NCBI GenBank assembly: GCA_965223325.1
Contig: CBDCWI010000002.1
Coordinates: 3,040,001 to 3,104,000, forward strand
Direction of reading: 5' to 3'
DNA: 64,000 bases
DNA from: Candidatus Multivoradales bacterium
GTDB lineage: Bacteria > Acidobacteriota > Thermoanaerobaculia > Multivoradales > Multivoraceae
The translations under genes and the position numbers were made by a program. This document shows, one piece after another, positions 48,905 to 59,220 of this stretch. Each line of letters opens with the position of its first letter. The stretch's first letter is position 1. The notes under the pieces were generated by a model. It was not told the origin of the DNA, did no database searches, and saw only the letters and a list, made by a program, of their open reading frames with translations.

Positions 48905-49453
48905 CTAGTGATACGACGCCAGCTCGCCCGCCGACTCGAGCGGAATCGACTCGGCCCACTCAATCGCGCGCTTGTCGCCGATGGTCAGCTTGTCGAGGAA
49001 GTCACGGGCCTCGTCACGACCACCGAACATCCGCCAGATGAAGGTGTGGCCGGCTGGCGCGGTGAAGTAGGTGTACTGCTCGATACCTTCAGAGAGGTCG
49101 AAGCCGAGGTCAGATTCACCGTTGACACCCACGCAGGCGAGAGCGATGGCGCGGTTCGCAAGGGCCAGTGCCTTGAGCGGTTCTTCGTAGTCGGCGAGTT
49201 CTTCGCGCGACAACGGTGTGTGGTAGATCGCAATCCGCGACCCGTCCTCTTCGGCGAGCTGGTTGTACGGCACGTCAGCGTTGTCGAGGGCATCTTTGGT
49301 GTCACTCGTGGTGACAAAGACGTCCTCCGTGCCGTTGACCTTGTAGGTGATTGCGTAGAGATCTGAGGGCAGGTTGCCGAAGGCCTCGGCGAGCATGCCT
49401 TCATCCTCGATGGTGAAGTAATAGAGTGGCGAAACCGTGCGACGTGCGGCCAT
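48905..49453 (-). CDS. Acidic hypothetical protein (182 aa)
   Basis: Protein-like ORF with GAGGAAG/AGGA upstream; no recognised motif. Confidence 0.75.
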   Translation of the reverse strand: MAARRTVSPLYYFTIEDEGMLAEAFGNLPSDLYAITYKVNGTEDVFVTTSDTKDALDNADVPYNQLAEEDGSRIAIYHTPLSREELADYEEPLKALALANRAIALACVGVNGESDLGFDLSEGIEQYTYFTAPAGHTFIWRMFGGRDEARDFLDKLTIGDKRAIEWAESIPLESAGELASYH

Positions 49454-49763
49454 TCCTGACTTCCTCTTCTTCCGTCTAGTGCCTGATTGGAGCGAGTGAT
49501 CGAGCTTGCTATCCCAAGTGCGGGTCCCGCAAGCCTTGCAACCGCCGTCCTGGTTGTCCAGAACGCGGTTCGCGGTGCCTCGGAGTCGAGTCTCTGGGGC
49601 ACAACAAGTGGAGTGCCCAGATTATTCGCCTCGAGGGGCCTCGCGGACCACGACGCCGGCGGCCTGTGCGCCTGGCGGCCCTTCGGGACGAATTCGCACA
49701 ATGCCTCGGAAATCGGTGGCTTCCTAGGCAGCAGCCCTTCCTCATGGCAGGATCGGATGATCC

Positions 49764-52700
49764 TTGGAGCTGCGGTCGAGCGAGCCCGCGACTCTAGCAG
49801 AAGAGTCCCCCCTCGGGGTCTTGAGACCTCTGTTCTCGAGGATCCGCCACCGACCTCCCGCCGGCCCCACTGTGGACCGGCGCCTGCCAGGCCAGGGCCT
49901 GGCCGCCGTTTCCCAGATGTCTGACCCACCACCCACCGATCTACGGGAAACGCAGCCGCTCCAGGCCATGCGCCGCTTGCGGCTCCGTCTACCGGCAGCG
50001 CTGGTGCGGCTCCACACCGCCGACGCGGGGTGGCGAGATGAGGCGACGGAGCGAGCCGCCGAGGACGGTGCGCTGGCCTTGCGCAGCGGCCTTCTGGCTT
50101 CGGTTCCGACACAGGGCGACCCGGCGGTCGTCGAGGCGGCACTCGCCATTGCCCATCAGATCCTTGCCGAGCATCGCCCCGACGATCTGGTGATCCTGGT
50201 GTTTCCCGGCCTCGTCGAAACCGGTGACGAAGGAGCTCGCGAAGTCCGAACACCCCTCATCGACGACCTCGAGGCTCAGGGGCCTCGCGTTGCTCCGGGC
50301 CAGGTTTATTTGACTTCCCACGCATCGTGGGAGCTCGAAAGCGGCTGGCGACTCGAAAGCGCAGGCGCCTACCGAGGGCCCTCGGGCCGCGAGCTACCAC
50401 TGTGGAAACTCGTAACACCGGCTGAACGCCAGCCCTGGCGCAACCCCACCCTGCTCGGCGCCGCGCGACGGCGCGTCGAACGCCCCGAACTCGAGGACAC
50501 GGTCGACGGACTGCGCACTGGTCCTGGCCTCGTACTGACAGGCCCCATGGGATGCGGAAAAACCCGCCTCGCCCATCTGGCGATACGCGGTGAGATCGCC
50601 CTCTGGGCGAGGCCCTGGAGTCGCCGCTCGGGCGGACCGAGTCTCGCCAGCCAGTTGCTCGACCAGATCGTCCACCCAGTCGAAGGAGCGAGGCCGCTGG
50701 TCGAACGGGCCGACCCACCCCCCCGGTCAGCAGGCTGGTGGGACCCAGCGCGGGTCGGCTCGGAAGACGAAGCTCTCGCCCTCCTGCGCGACCTGCTGGC
50801 CAGCCATCGCTTACCGTCAACTGTTCAAATCGTCATCGAGGATGCCGAGCGCCTCGACGGGTCCGGGCGCCGCCTGGTGCGCGAGCTCCTGCGCCATCAG
50901 AGGCTCGGGGACGGGCTACGGGTCGTCGTCACGACGCGCGGCGCCTCGGGCTATGACGCATGGGATCTGCCCGAAGTACGCGTCGGACGCTTCAAGAACG
51001 ACGAGATGACCCAACTCGGGATGAGTCTGCTCGACGACTTGTCGATGCCGCCTCAGGTCCGCGCCGCTCTGCTCGATGCGAGTCGCGGCATTCCGTTCGC
51101 GCTCGAAGAGAGCCTGGTTCAACTGACCCGCAGCAAGGTGGTGCGTCGCGTCTATGGCAACTTCTTCTTCTCGGGTGGTGACCTCGAGGACCCAGAGCCA
51201 TCACCACGTTTGATTCGTCACCTCGAAGCCGAATGTGGCCGTCTCGGCAACTCCACGCCGCTGCGAGTGATGGCGCACCTCGAGAGCGGCATCCCAATCG
51301 AGGAGTTGACCGAGAGCGCCCTCGGCCTGGCGCCCGACTTGCCACGCGACTGGTACGAGCGCTATCTCGAGGCCGAGTTGGTCGACATCGAAGCCGCCGG
51401 CCTCGACCAGATCCTCAACCACGCCTGCCCGCTCTACCGGCGCGCCATGAATGACTCGATCCCGGCTTCGTCCGCCGAGTCGGTCCGCCACCTGATCGGC
51501 CGACAGCTGGCTGCTTTGGGTCCAGGCGAGGATCGCTGGCAGGCCTACGCCCTGCTCGCGGGGACGGCCGAGGCGATCCCCGTCCTACTCGAGCTGGCCC
51601 GCCACCCACCGCCGGAGACCCCGTCCGGCGCCTTGTTCGCCAGTCTCGCAGACGAGTTGCAAGCGCACCGCGAGCGCGAGGGCAGCGAAGACCTCGAAAT
51701 GGCGCTGCTCTGGCAGATCCTTCCCCTCGCGCGCCGAACAGGAAAGCTCCACCGCCTGGGTGATGCGATCGAGCGCGCTCTCGAACTCTCCGAAGGTCAC
51801 CCCGCCCGCCGCCTCGCGCTGATCGCACTGCGGGCTGAGAAGCTCCTCAACGACGGCCGCCCGCGTGATGCGGAGGTCTCACTGCTCGAGGCGCTCGAGA
51901 TCGCCCAGGAGACTGGTGATAAACGAAAAGCGCAGCTCTTCGTCCAGCTCGGCAAGGTCCTGCAGCGACAACATCGCTATCCAGAGGCGCGCAAACTCTT
52001 CGAGCGGCTCCTACCCGCCCTCGACGACGAGACCAGTCGCGCCCTCGAAGCGACCTGCACGTTCCATCTGGGCAACATCGCGCTCTACGAGCGCCGCCTC
52101 GAAACCGCGCTCTCACTCCACCGCGACTCTCTGAATCTGCGCCGCGAGCTCGGACTCGACAAACAAATCGGGTCTTCACTCTCAGCGCTCGGGACGGTCC
52201 ATCTCGAGCTCGGCGACTACCCCCGTGCGCTCAAGACATACCAACAGGCCGAGGAGGTACTCGACCTTCACGGTCGCGAAGGGGAGGTCTCCTACGCGCT
52301 CCTCGGACAGGGCCGGTCGCTTAGCCGGCTTGGCGACTACACCGCAGCCTCACACCCGTTCAAGCGTGCCCTGGAAGAGAGATCCCAGCGCGACGACCGC
52401 ATGGGCGAAGCGATCGCGCGCCTGATCGTTGCCGACAACCAGCTGAACCTGAGGCAGCTCGACACAGCGCTCGAGGAGGCCAAGCGTGCCCACTACGCCC
52501 TAACGCTCACCGAAGCGACCCGCCAGCTGGGACTCGCCGAACGGCTTCTCGGCCGCATCGCTCTCGGGCAACGTCGCTACGATGACGCCAGGCAACACCT
52601 CGAGACGGCCGTCAACCTCCACCAGAGGCACGGCGACATCATGGCGGCAACCTTTGATCGCGCCTGGCTGCTGGAGGCTTCACTGGCCATCGCAGACCAC

Positions 52701-52985
52701 CGACGCATCGAAGAGCTGTGCTCGGCCCTCGAAGCCGTGCTCGAGACCTTGCGCTACCCAGAGGGCGGCGAGATCCTCGACCTACGCCTCCATCAGGGTC
52801 TCGAGTGGCTCAGGCAGAGAGGGCGCGACGTCGATCCTGAGGTGTCTCTCCGGCGCGCCTACGGTGAACTGATGCGCAAGACCGAGATGCTGGACGCTGA
52901 CCTGCGCAGCCCATTCCTCTACCAGGTGGCAGACAACCGAGCGATCCTGGAGGCCGCAACACGGTTGGCAGTCGACGGCTCGTAG
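49764..52985 (+). CDS. STAND-like ATPase with C-terminal TPRs and a degenerate cyclase-like N-terminus
   Basis: Walker A GPMGCGKT, Walker B IVIEDAERLD, GIPFALEE; TPRs such as SSLSALGTVHLELGDYPRALKTYQQA; start uncertain. Confidence 0.75.
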   Translation: MELRSSEPATLAEESPLGVLRPLFSRIRHRPPAGPTVDRRLPGQGLAAVSQMSDPPPTDLRETQPLQAMRRLRLRLPAALVRLHTADAGWRDEATERAAEDGALALRSGLLASVPTQGDPAVVEAALAIAHQILAEHRPDDLVILVFPGLVETGDEGAREVRTPLIDDLEAQGPRVAPGQVYLTSHASWELESGWRLESAGAYRGPSGRELPLWKLVTPAERQPWRNPTLLGAARRRVERPELEDTVDGLRTGPGLVLTGPMGCGKTRLAHLAIRGEIALWARPWSRRSGGPSLASQLLDQIVHPVEGARPLVERADPPPRSAGWWDPARVGSEDEALALLRDLLASHRLPSTVQIVIEDAERLDGSGRRLVRELLRHQRLGDGLRVVVTTRGASGYDAWDLPEVRVGRFKNDEMTQLGMSLLDDLSMPPQVRAALLDASRGIPFALEESLVQLTRSKVVRRVYGNFFFSGGDLEDPEPSPRLIRHLEAECGRLGNSTPLRVMAHLESGIPIEELTESALGLAPDLPRDWYERYLEAELVDIEAAGLDQILNHACPLYRRAMNDSIPASSAESVRHLIGRQLAALGPGEDRWQAYALLAGTAEAIPVLLELARHPPPETPSGALFASLADELQAHREREGSEDLEMALLWQILPLARRTGKLHRLGDAIERALELSEGHPARRLALIALRAEKLLNDGRPRDAEVSLLEALEIAQETGDKRKAQLFVQLGKVLQRQHRYPEARKLFERLLPALDDETSRALEATCTFHLGNIALYERRLETALSLHRDSLNLRRELGLDKQIGSSLSALGTVHLELGDYPRALKTYQQAEEVLDLHGREGEVSYALLGQGRSLSRLGDYTAASHPFKRALEERSQRDDRMGEAIARLIVADNQLNLRQLDTALEEAKRAHYALTLTEATRQLGLAERLLGRIALGQRRYDDARQHLETAVNLHQRHGDIMAATFDRAWLLEASLAIADHRRIEELCSALEAVLETLRYPEGGEILDLRLHQGLEWLRQRGRDVDPEVSLRRAYGELMRKTEMLDADLRSPFLYQVADNRAILEAATRLAVDGS

Positions 52986-53001
52986 TGGCCACTGCAGAGG
53001 T

Positions 53002-53655
53002 TTATCTCAGCAGGAAGGCATCGAGGACGCGGCGCTCGGCATCCGTCAGGTCTTCGAACCCCAGCCAATAGCTCTCGCCTGGAGGTGGCAGGGGCGCCTC
53101 GACGTCGGTCAGCGAAGCCTCGAGTTCGGCGCAGTCGAGGCTCACCAGCACCAGAACCATCTGGTGGCAGATGCCGAACAGGCGCTTGGCCAGACGGCTT
53201 TCGATACGCACCCGCACGCTGGCGGGCAGCTCGGTGGTGGTGATGGTGTAACCCTGTTCACCGCGCGTGATCACCGCGGCGCCTTCCAGGCGCAGTGTTT
53301 GTGCTGGCACTGCCAGTTCGTCGCTGAGCTGTGTTCTGATCGCTCCCATCGAAACGTCAGCGTCGAGCAATCCCCGACCACCAAATCGCAACTCGAGGTC
53401 GACGCCATAGAGAGACGGCCCGCGCTTCGAGAGCGTCACCTGATGACTGCGAAGGGTCAATGAATGGTCAGGCGAGGTCAGAAGGATCGTCGCCGGCCCG
53501 ACCTCGACTGGCGCAAGCTCCTCGATGAACGCCTCGTACGTCCTGTTGAGAAGCGAAAAGGAGAACGTCTGCTCCTGCCCCGAAACCAGCGCCGGCCAAA
53601 GCAGCAGCCCGAACAAGAGCCAGAGAAACGGAGTGGGGAGGGCCAAAGGTCGCAC
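53002..53655 (-). CDS. Secreted hypothetical protein
   Basis: Signal peptide MRPLALPTPFLWLLFGLLLWPALVSG; abuts the VWA gene. Confidence 0.7.
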   Translation of the reverse strand: MRPLALPTPFLWLLFGLLLWPALVSGQEQTFSFSLLNRTYEAFIEELAPVEVGPATILLTSPDHSLTLRSHQVTLSKRGPSLYGVDLELRFGGRGLLDADVSMGAIRTQLSDELAVPAQTLRLEGAAVITRGEQGYTITTTELPASVRVRIESRLAKRLFGICHQMVLVLVSLDCAELEASLTDVEAPLPPPGESYWLGFEDLTDAERRVLDAFLLR

Positions 53656-56271
53656 TCAGGGATAGTAGCCGCTAGCGGTGCGCGCTTTGAGGCCGCCACG
53701 CACCTTGACCTCTACGATGCGGAATGTGTCCGCGCCGTCGGCCTCGGCAGGTCGGTCTGAGGCGTAGGCCAGCAGGTATTGGCTACGCAGTTCACGCTCG
53801 ATCTGACCGTAGACGTTTTCTAACTCGACCGCACGATTGATAAAGAACGCGCGACCGCCGGTTTCCTGCGCCAGGTTCTCGAGCTTGCCACGCACGCCCA
53901 CCTGCAGCCGGCCGATGTTGAGGCCAATGGTGTAGATCGAGACACCAGAGCGCCGTGCGTACTCGAGCGAATCGCTCCACGGAATCGTGCTTGCCGTGTC
54001 TTCGCCGTCCGAAAGCAGAACGAGGGCGCGCCGCCCCTTGACGCCGCGAAAGTAGTAAAGGCTGGTGATGATGGCGTCGTAGAGCGACGTGTTGCCGTTG
54101 GCTACCAGGTTGTCGAAGGACGCCTCGACTGCACTGACGTCTGAGGTACGCGCCATCAGGAGGGAGGGAACGGTCGCGAAGCTGACGGCAAACGACTTGT
54201 CCTTCGGGCTGATGATGCTCTCGAGAAAACCAACCGCCGCAGTCTTCGCCTCACCCAAGGACTCGAGCATCGACCCTGAGGTATCGATGGTGATGCCGAC
54301 CGTGATCGGCAGGTCTTCGACCAACTCGAAGCGTGCCAGCTCCTGCGGGCGGCCGTCTTCGAAGACGCTGAAGTCGGATCCCTCGAGACCGGTCACCGGG
54401 GCTCCCCCCCCGGAGGGCGTCACCGTTGTGTAGAGTTCGACGAAGTCGATATCAACCTGTTCGACGAAGTCGGGCGCGTTCAGGATGTTGACGTCTTCAG
54501 CCTGCGAGCCGTCATCGAGATGGACCACCGCGTTGACGTAGGTGACGTCGGCGGCGACCGCTGTAGCCGGGACGTTGATCATGGCGGTCCACGGGGGCTG
54601 CTCGAGGGTCGCCTGTAGATCACCATTGACCAGGAACTCGAGACGTTCGATCTTCTTCTCCTCTGGCACGATCACATCGGCTCGCGCCTCAATCTGGCCG
54701 GCGACCTTGACCCCGGCCTCAGGTGAGAGAAGCTCGATGCGGAGCTCGCCGCGCTGGAGGTTGATCACCAACTCATCCGAAGTCACCAGGTCACCGGCAG
54801 CGTCCAAGGCCTCGGCACGAATCGTCTGCTCGGTGGGATAGCGCGATAAGCGCAGCTCGGCACCCCAGGGTGCCTTCGTTTTCACCATCTGCACTTCGCC
54901 GTCGACCAGGAAGCGCACGCGTTCGGTGCGCGAACCCGTCACGATAGTGTCGGCGCGCCAAAGTCCCATGACCACGTCGGTTTCGGGAGGCACGAGCACC
55001 AGGCTGTCTTCGACCGCGACGCCCTCGCGCGCCAAGCGCTCGCCGATCGAGACGAAGATGTCCTCGTCGTTTGGGATTTCTTCGGAGATCTGGATTGGCT
55101 CCGGCGGTACGACGAGGCCGCGGGATAGAAAGGTCGACGCGTCACCGATTTCGTCACGAATCCGCAAGCGCAGCAGAAACTCAGCACCGGGACGCAGGCT
55201 ACGGTCGAGCACCAGCGCCACCGGCTTGCGCTCCTCCTCCTCGACCGGCACCTGGAAGCGCACCTTCCACTCGTCGAACAGCGTCCCGTCCTGCTCGAGG
55301 ATTGCGTCGACGTTGATGCGGTGTTCCTTCTTGCCCGAGAGCTCCTCTTCGAAGACCTCGAGACCCGCATCGACCGGCAGCATGACGATCACCCGGCTCT
55401 GAATGCGCTGGCCATCGCGGCGCGGGTAGCGCACCTCGACACTCTCGACCGGAAGCACCGCGCGCTTGGGGCTACGACCCGCCGACGCGGCACGCGACCA
55501 ATCGGCGAGGTCTCTGGGGGCACGCAGGAGGGGCGCGAAGTCGGCGTTGGCGGGGCGTCCCTCCTTGAAACCGTGCAAGCCGTCGATCCCGGTCACCCGG
55601 TCGACCGTCTTGGCTTCCTTGCAGAGCTGAAGATCGAAGCGGCGCCCTCGGATCCGTGAACGGAACTCTTCGTACTGCTCGAGCCAATACTCCATCTGCC
55701 CGTAGTAGAGGACCCGCTTCGAGTCGAGCGGTAACCACAGACGCCACGGCTGGTCGGGCTGCGGCTCGTAGAAAACGACCCGGAAGTAGTCCTCGGGCTT
55801 CTCGGGCACCGTCCCCGGGCGAGCCCAGCTCCAGACTTCGAGCGGCTTGAAGACCTGGTCGCAGTGCACCTCTTCTTCGACCGCGGCGGGCCCGCGCAGG
55901 AAGAGCACCTTCGCGCGTTCGTCGAGGAAGCTGGTGTAGCGCGCTCGCACCATGTCCTGGCGCTTTCGGATTCCGACCTGGAGCTCGTTCTCCGGAGTTT
56001 CAGGGATGGGATCTCTACCAAGGAAGGAGTCGATCCAGGCTGAGCGCTCGACCTCGCCCATTCGAGATAGCGCTCGACGCTCCTGCGGGCTCAGAAGAAG
56101 GGCCGGTCCGTCGAACCAGAAGGCGCGCTCGAGCTCGTTCCACTCGAGCGGATCGGCGGCCGTATCTTCGGCGACAGCAGGAGAAGCACGGAACACCAGG
56201 AGCTGGGAGAGGGCCAGGGCGGCGAAGACAACGGCTCCTGACTGCGAACGGCGGCGAATGGATGCGTACAT
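53656..56271 (-). CDS. Secreted GWxTD-like, Ig-like and VWA domain protein
   Basis: RDPIPETPENE; Ig-like FLVNGD...PPWT; VWA MIDAS IDTSGSM, GNTSLYDAI, LLSDGEDTAS, LAQETGG, ELRSQYLLAY. Confidence 0.85.
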   Translation of the reverse strand: MYASIRRRSQSGAVVFAALALSQLLVFRASPAVAEDTAADPLEWNELERAFWFDGPALLLSPQERRALSRMGEVERSAWIDSFLGRDPIPETPENELQVGIRKRQDMVRARYTSFLDERAKVLFLRGPAAVEEEVHCDQVFKPLEVWSWARPGTVPEKPEDYFRVVFYEPQPDQPWRLWLPLDSKRVLYYGQMEYWLEQYEEFRSRIRGRRFDLQLCKEAKTVDRVTGIDGLHGFKEGRPANADFAPLLRAPRDLADWSRAASAGRSPKRAVLPVESVEVRYPRRDGQRIQSRVIVMLPVDAGLEVFEEELSGKKEHRINVDAILEQDGTLFDEWKVRFQVPVEEEERKPVALVLDRSLRPGAEFLLRLRIRDEIGDASTFLSRGLVVPPEPIQISEEIPNDEDIFVSIGERLAREGVAVEDSLVLVPPETDVVMGLWRADTIVTGSRTERVRFLVDGEVQMVKTKAPWGAELRLSRYPTEQTIRAEALDAAGDLVTSDELVINLQRGELRIELLSPEAGVKVAGQIEARADVIVPEEKKIERLEFLVNGDLQATLEQPPWTAMINVPATAVAADVTYVNAVVHLDDGSQAEDVNILNAPDFVEQVDIDFVELYTTVTPSGGGAPVTGLEGSDFSVFEDGRPQELARFELVEDLPITVGITIDTSGSMLESLGEAKTAAVGFLESIISPKDKSFAVSFATVPSLLMARTSDVSAVEASFDNLVANGNTSLYDAIITSLYYFRGVKGRRALVLLSDGEDTASTIPWSDSLEYARRSGVSIYTIGLNIGRLQVGVRGKLENLAQETGGRAFFINRAVELENVYGQIERELRSQYLLAYASDRPAEADGADTFRIVEVKVRGGLKARTASGYYP

Positions 56272-56458
56272 CTGAGGTCCTGTTGGAGGAAGCCTGCCCT
56301 TGGATGGTCGGGACCCACCCGGCACTGTCGGTTGGCAACGGTGTAGCGGCCTGTCTAGTACGGTCGGAGTTGGCAGCCCGAACCCATGCTATCGATCCAG
56401 GGAGAAACCGGGTATCGCGCTCGCGTATTCCGTTTCGCCGTCGAGGGAGAACCAAGCC

Positions 56459-57310
56459 ATGAAAGTCGCCAGCATCTACCGCTACCCGATCAAGAGCATG
56501 ATGGGAGAGGACCTGCCGGTCGCCGAGCTCGGTACGAGGGGTGTTCTCGGCGACCGAGCCTGGGCGGTTCGCGACGAAGTGCGCGGAGGCATTCAGGGAG
56601 GCAAGAGAATCGCCAGCCTGATGAAGCTATCTGCGACCTACACCGCCACCGCCTCTGAAGACGGATCGGCCGAGGCCCGCATCGTCACCGAGGACGGCGA
56701 GGAGGTATTGACCTCGGACCCTGCGGTCGGTGAGTGGCTGTCCGCGAAGCTCGACTGGCAAGTCGAGCTTTGGCCGCTGCAACCGGAGAGCAACGAAGAA
56801 CACTATCGACGCAATGCGCCCGGTGACGACCCGATCGCCGAGGTGCGCGCCGTGATGGGCCGCACCGACGACGAGCCGCTACCGGATTTCTCGCGCTTTC
56901 CGAGCGAGCTCGCCAAGTACTCGTCGCCTCTGGGCACCTATTTCGATGCGTACCCTCTTTTGATCATGTCGCGCGAATCACTCAGAAGCCTGGCCGAGCG
57001 AGCGCCAGACACGACGATCGACGTGCGGCGCTTCCGGCCGAACATCGTGCTCGAAGGGGTGGCTAGCGAGCACCCGTTTCCGGAGAGCCAATGGGAAGGT
57101 CGTCGGATGCAAATCGGTCGTGCAGTCGTCGAGGCAACGATCGGCTGCCCACGCTGCGTGATGATCACCCGCGACTTCGCAGACCTTCCGAACGAGCCGA
57201 AGATCATGCGGCGACTTGTCGAGGAGACCAACGGTGACCTCGGGATCTATGCGCAGGTCGTCGAGCCCGGTCGTATCGCTGTCGGAGATTCGGCCACCCT
57301 GCTCCCTTAG
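56459..57310 (+). CDS. MOSC-domain protein
   Basis: IYRYPIKSMMGE, GDRAWA, FDAYPL, RRFRPNIV, CPRCVM, GRIAVGD. Confidence 0.92.
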   Translation: MKVASIYRYPIKSMMGEDLPVAELGTRGVLGDRAWAVRDEVRGGIQGGKRIASLMKLSATYTATASEDGSAEARIVTEDGEEVLTSDPAVGEWLSAKLDWQVELWPLQPESNEEHYRRNAPGDDPIAEVRAVMGRTDDEPLPDFSRFPSELAKYSSPLGTYFDAYPLLIMSRESLRSLAERAPDTTIDVRRFRPNIVLEGVASEHPFPESQWEGRRMQIGRAVVEATIGCPRCVMITRDFADLPNEPKIMRRLVEETNGDLGIYAQVVEPGRIAVGDSATLLP

Positions 57311-57330
57311 CTGCTCCCCTTGCAGCCGCG

Positions 57331-57744
57331 CTAGAGGTGGTAGAGCATTCCGTAGACCAGAACTCCGGTCACCGAGACGAAGACCCAGATCGGGAATGTG
57401 ATGCGTGCGATCCGACGATGGCGCTCGAACTGTCCGCAGAGCGCCCGGTAGAGCGTCCACAGAGCCAGGAACGGCACCAGGCCAGCCAGGATGATGTGCG
57501 GGATCAGAATCGCGAAGTAGATGGTTCGGATGGCGCCGGTTCCCGCGAACGGCACCGACCCGACCTTGGCGTGGTAGACCAGGTACGACGCCAGGAAAAC
57601 GACCGAGCAAGCGAATGCTGCCACCATGCAATTGCGATGCGCAGTGCGTCGACCGCTGCGAATGAAGAACCAACCGGTAACGAGCAACGTGCAGGCGATC
57701 GCGTTGAGCGTCGCATTCACGGCGGGGAGATCGGTCACTTCCAT
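57331..57744 (-). CDS. DUF420 (CtaM/YozB-like) membrane protein
   Basis: LPAVNATLN, HRNCM, FLASYLVYH, PHIILA, HRRIAR...VSVTG. Confidence 0.9.
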   Translation of the reverse strand: MEVTDLPAVNATLNAIACTLLVTGWFFIRSGRRTAHRNCMVAAFACSVVFLASYLVYHAKVGSVPFAGTGAIRTIYFAILIPHIILAGLVPFLALWTLYRALCGQFERHRRIARITFPIWVFVSVTGVLVYGMLYHL

Positions 57745-57777
57745 AGGAGGTTCTCAGCCAGGTGCCCGGAGAGTGTT

Positions 57778-58515
57778 TTACTGGTAGGCAAGCTCTTCTT
57801 CGTACCAGGCCTCGAAGTCTTCCTGGCTTTCGACCGTCAGGCGCCCCAACATGCGGAAATGGCCGAGACCGCAAAGCTGTGCACAACCGATCTCACTCTC
57901 GCCGACTTCAACCGGCGTCATCGCGAGGCGAATGGTTTGGCCTGGAATCACGTCCTGGCGAACGCGCATGAACGGTAGGTAGAAGGCGTGCACTACATCT
58001 TTCGAGCGCAGCTCAAAGAGCACCTCCTCGCCCACCGGTAGATGAAACTCGTTGATCATCACCAGGTCGTCGAAGGATTCGGGCGCGTCGTAGTCGAGGC
58101 CTACAGGGTTGGTTCCATCAACCCAGTCGCTCGAGGTCGGGCCGAAGATGCCGTCTTCTCCGGCGTAGTGAAAGTTCCAAACGAACTGCTCACCCAACAC
58201 CCGCACCACCCGCACCTCGTCGGCAGACGGGAGTTCACCCGTGCGTTTTGCCCACAGTGGAATCTCCACCAGAAAGAGAACCGCCAGTTCCGACAGCGCA
58301 ATCACCGCAACCAGCGCCATGGCGAAGCGCCCGCGCGGCCCAGTTCTAAGGGGCTCGGGCTGTCGCCCGGAGCGAAAGCGCCACAGCACATAGACGAGAT
58401 ACAAGGACCAGCCGACCAGGAGAACGAGGATCGCCCAATGCACCATGGCGATCAAGGAATCGATGTGGTGCCCCTCCTGTGAGTAGTCAGGAGGTAGGCC
58501 GAGCCATTCGTTCAT
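57778..58515 (-). CDS. coxB: Cytochrome c oxidase subunit II
   Basis: 2 TM, QFVWNFHY, CuA ligands DVVH...CAQLCGLGHFRM. Confidence 0.93.
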   Translation of the reverse strand: MNEWLGLPPDYSQEGHHIDSLIAMVHWAILVLLVGWSLYLVYVLWRFRSGRQPEPLRTGPRGRFAMALVAVIALSELAVLFLVEIPLWAKRTGELPSADEVRVVRVLGEQFVWNFHYAGEDGIFGPTSSDWVDGTNPVGLDYDAPESFDDLVMINEFHLPVGEEVLFELRSKDVVHAFYLPFMRVRQDVIPGQTIRLAMTPVEVGESEIGCAQLCGLGHFRMLGRLTVESQEDFEAWYEEELAYQ

Positions 58516-58709
58516 TGCTTCACCTCCTCGAGCGAGGCACTCGCCCTTTCAGCCCGAGCCACCCGCAGCAACAGGCGACCGACGCCAAACTGCGCGAGTG
58601 CGACCAGGGCGAGAAGAACGGCCGAGCCAACCACCAGACCCTGCAGGGTGTCCGAACCCGGCTCACCGAAGCACGTCGCGCACGCCAGAACGAGAGTTGT
58701 CGCGGCCAT
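58512..58709 (-). CDS. Small CxxC (CATCFG) single-TM protein in the oxidase operon
   Basis: MAATTLVLACATCFGEPGSDTLQGLVVGSAVLLALV; GGAGG RBS; overlapping stop/start junctions at both ends. Confidence 0.65.
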   Translation of the reverse strand: MAATTLVLACATCFGEPGSDTLQGLVVGSAVLLALVALAQFGVGRLLLRVARAERASASLEEVKQ

Positions 58710-58885
58710 CACACCACCTCCCGCCGGAGGAGCGCGCGCCACCCATAGACCAGCAACACGAGCAGAGCACTCAAGGACACGAGAAAGATCAGCACCTCCG
58801 ACTGACGATGCGACCACCCCGCGAGAGCCGACACCATCACGATTGCGGCCACGATGAACAGTCGATGAAAGGCAAGAAGAGACAT
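58709..58885 (-). CDS. Small 2-TM protein in the oxidase operon
   Basis: MSLLAFHRLFIVAAIVMVSALAGW...LLVYGWRALLRREVV; TGATG coupling at both ends. Confidence 0.6.
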   Translation of the reverse strand: MSLLAFHRLFIVAAIVMVSALAGWSHRQSEVLIFLVSLSALLVLLVYGWRALLRREVV

Positions 58886-59205
58886 CAGAGCGTTGCACTC
58901 CCCCACTGCGCCAGGGTCGGTAGGAAAACCAGCGCCACGGCAAAAAAGAGCACCAACCAGAAACCCGAGCGAAGCCAGCGCGGCTCGGTTGGTAGATGGA
59001 GTAGAAAGCGCAGCGCCAGGGCCGCCTGCACACACATAACCGCCCCGAGAACGCTCCAGCGCAGAAGCGGTGCGAGCGCTGCCTGCGAGAGGAGAAACAA
59101 CGCTCCCGTAAAAACGGCCAGCACCACGCCACTAAGTACCACGCCTGACGGGGACAAACTCCCGCCGGAGGAAGGAGTCACGTCGTTCGGGTCCTGGGTG
59201 TTCAT
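58885..59205 (-). CDS. Cytochrome c oxidase subunit IV-like protein
   Basis: 3 TM with VQAALALRFLLHL; follows subunit III. Confidence 0.65.
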   Translation of the reverse strand: MNTQDPNDVTPSSGGSLSPSGVVLSGVVLAVFTGALFLLSQAALAPLLRWSVLGAVMCVQAALALRFLLHLPTEPRWLRSGFWLVLFFAVALVFLPTLAQWGSATL

Positions 59206-59220
59206 ACCGAAAAGCCTTGC

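Noticed and set aside
49454-49763. Possible ncRNA in a 310-nt divergent intergenic region
   Set aside because: Only short GC-rich stems, with no recognisable tRNA, tmRNA, SRP or 6S features
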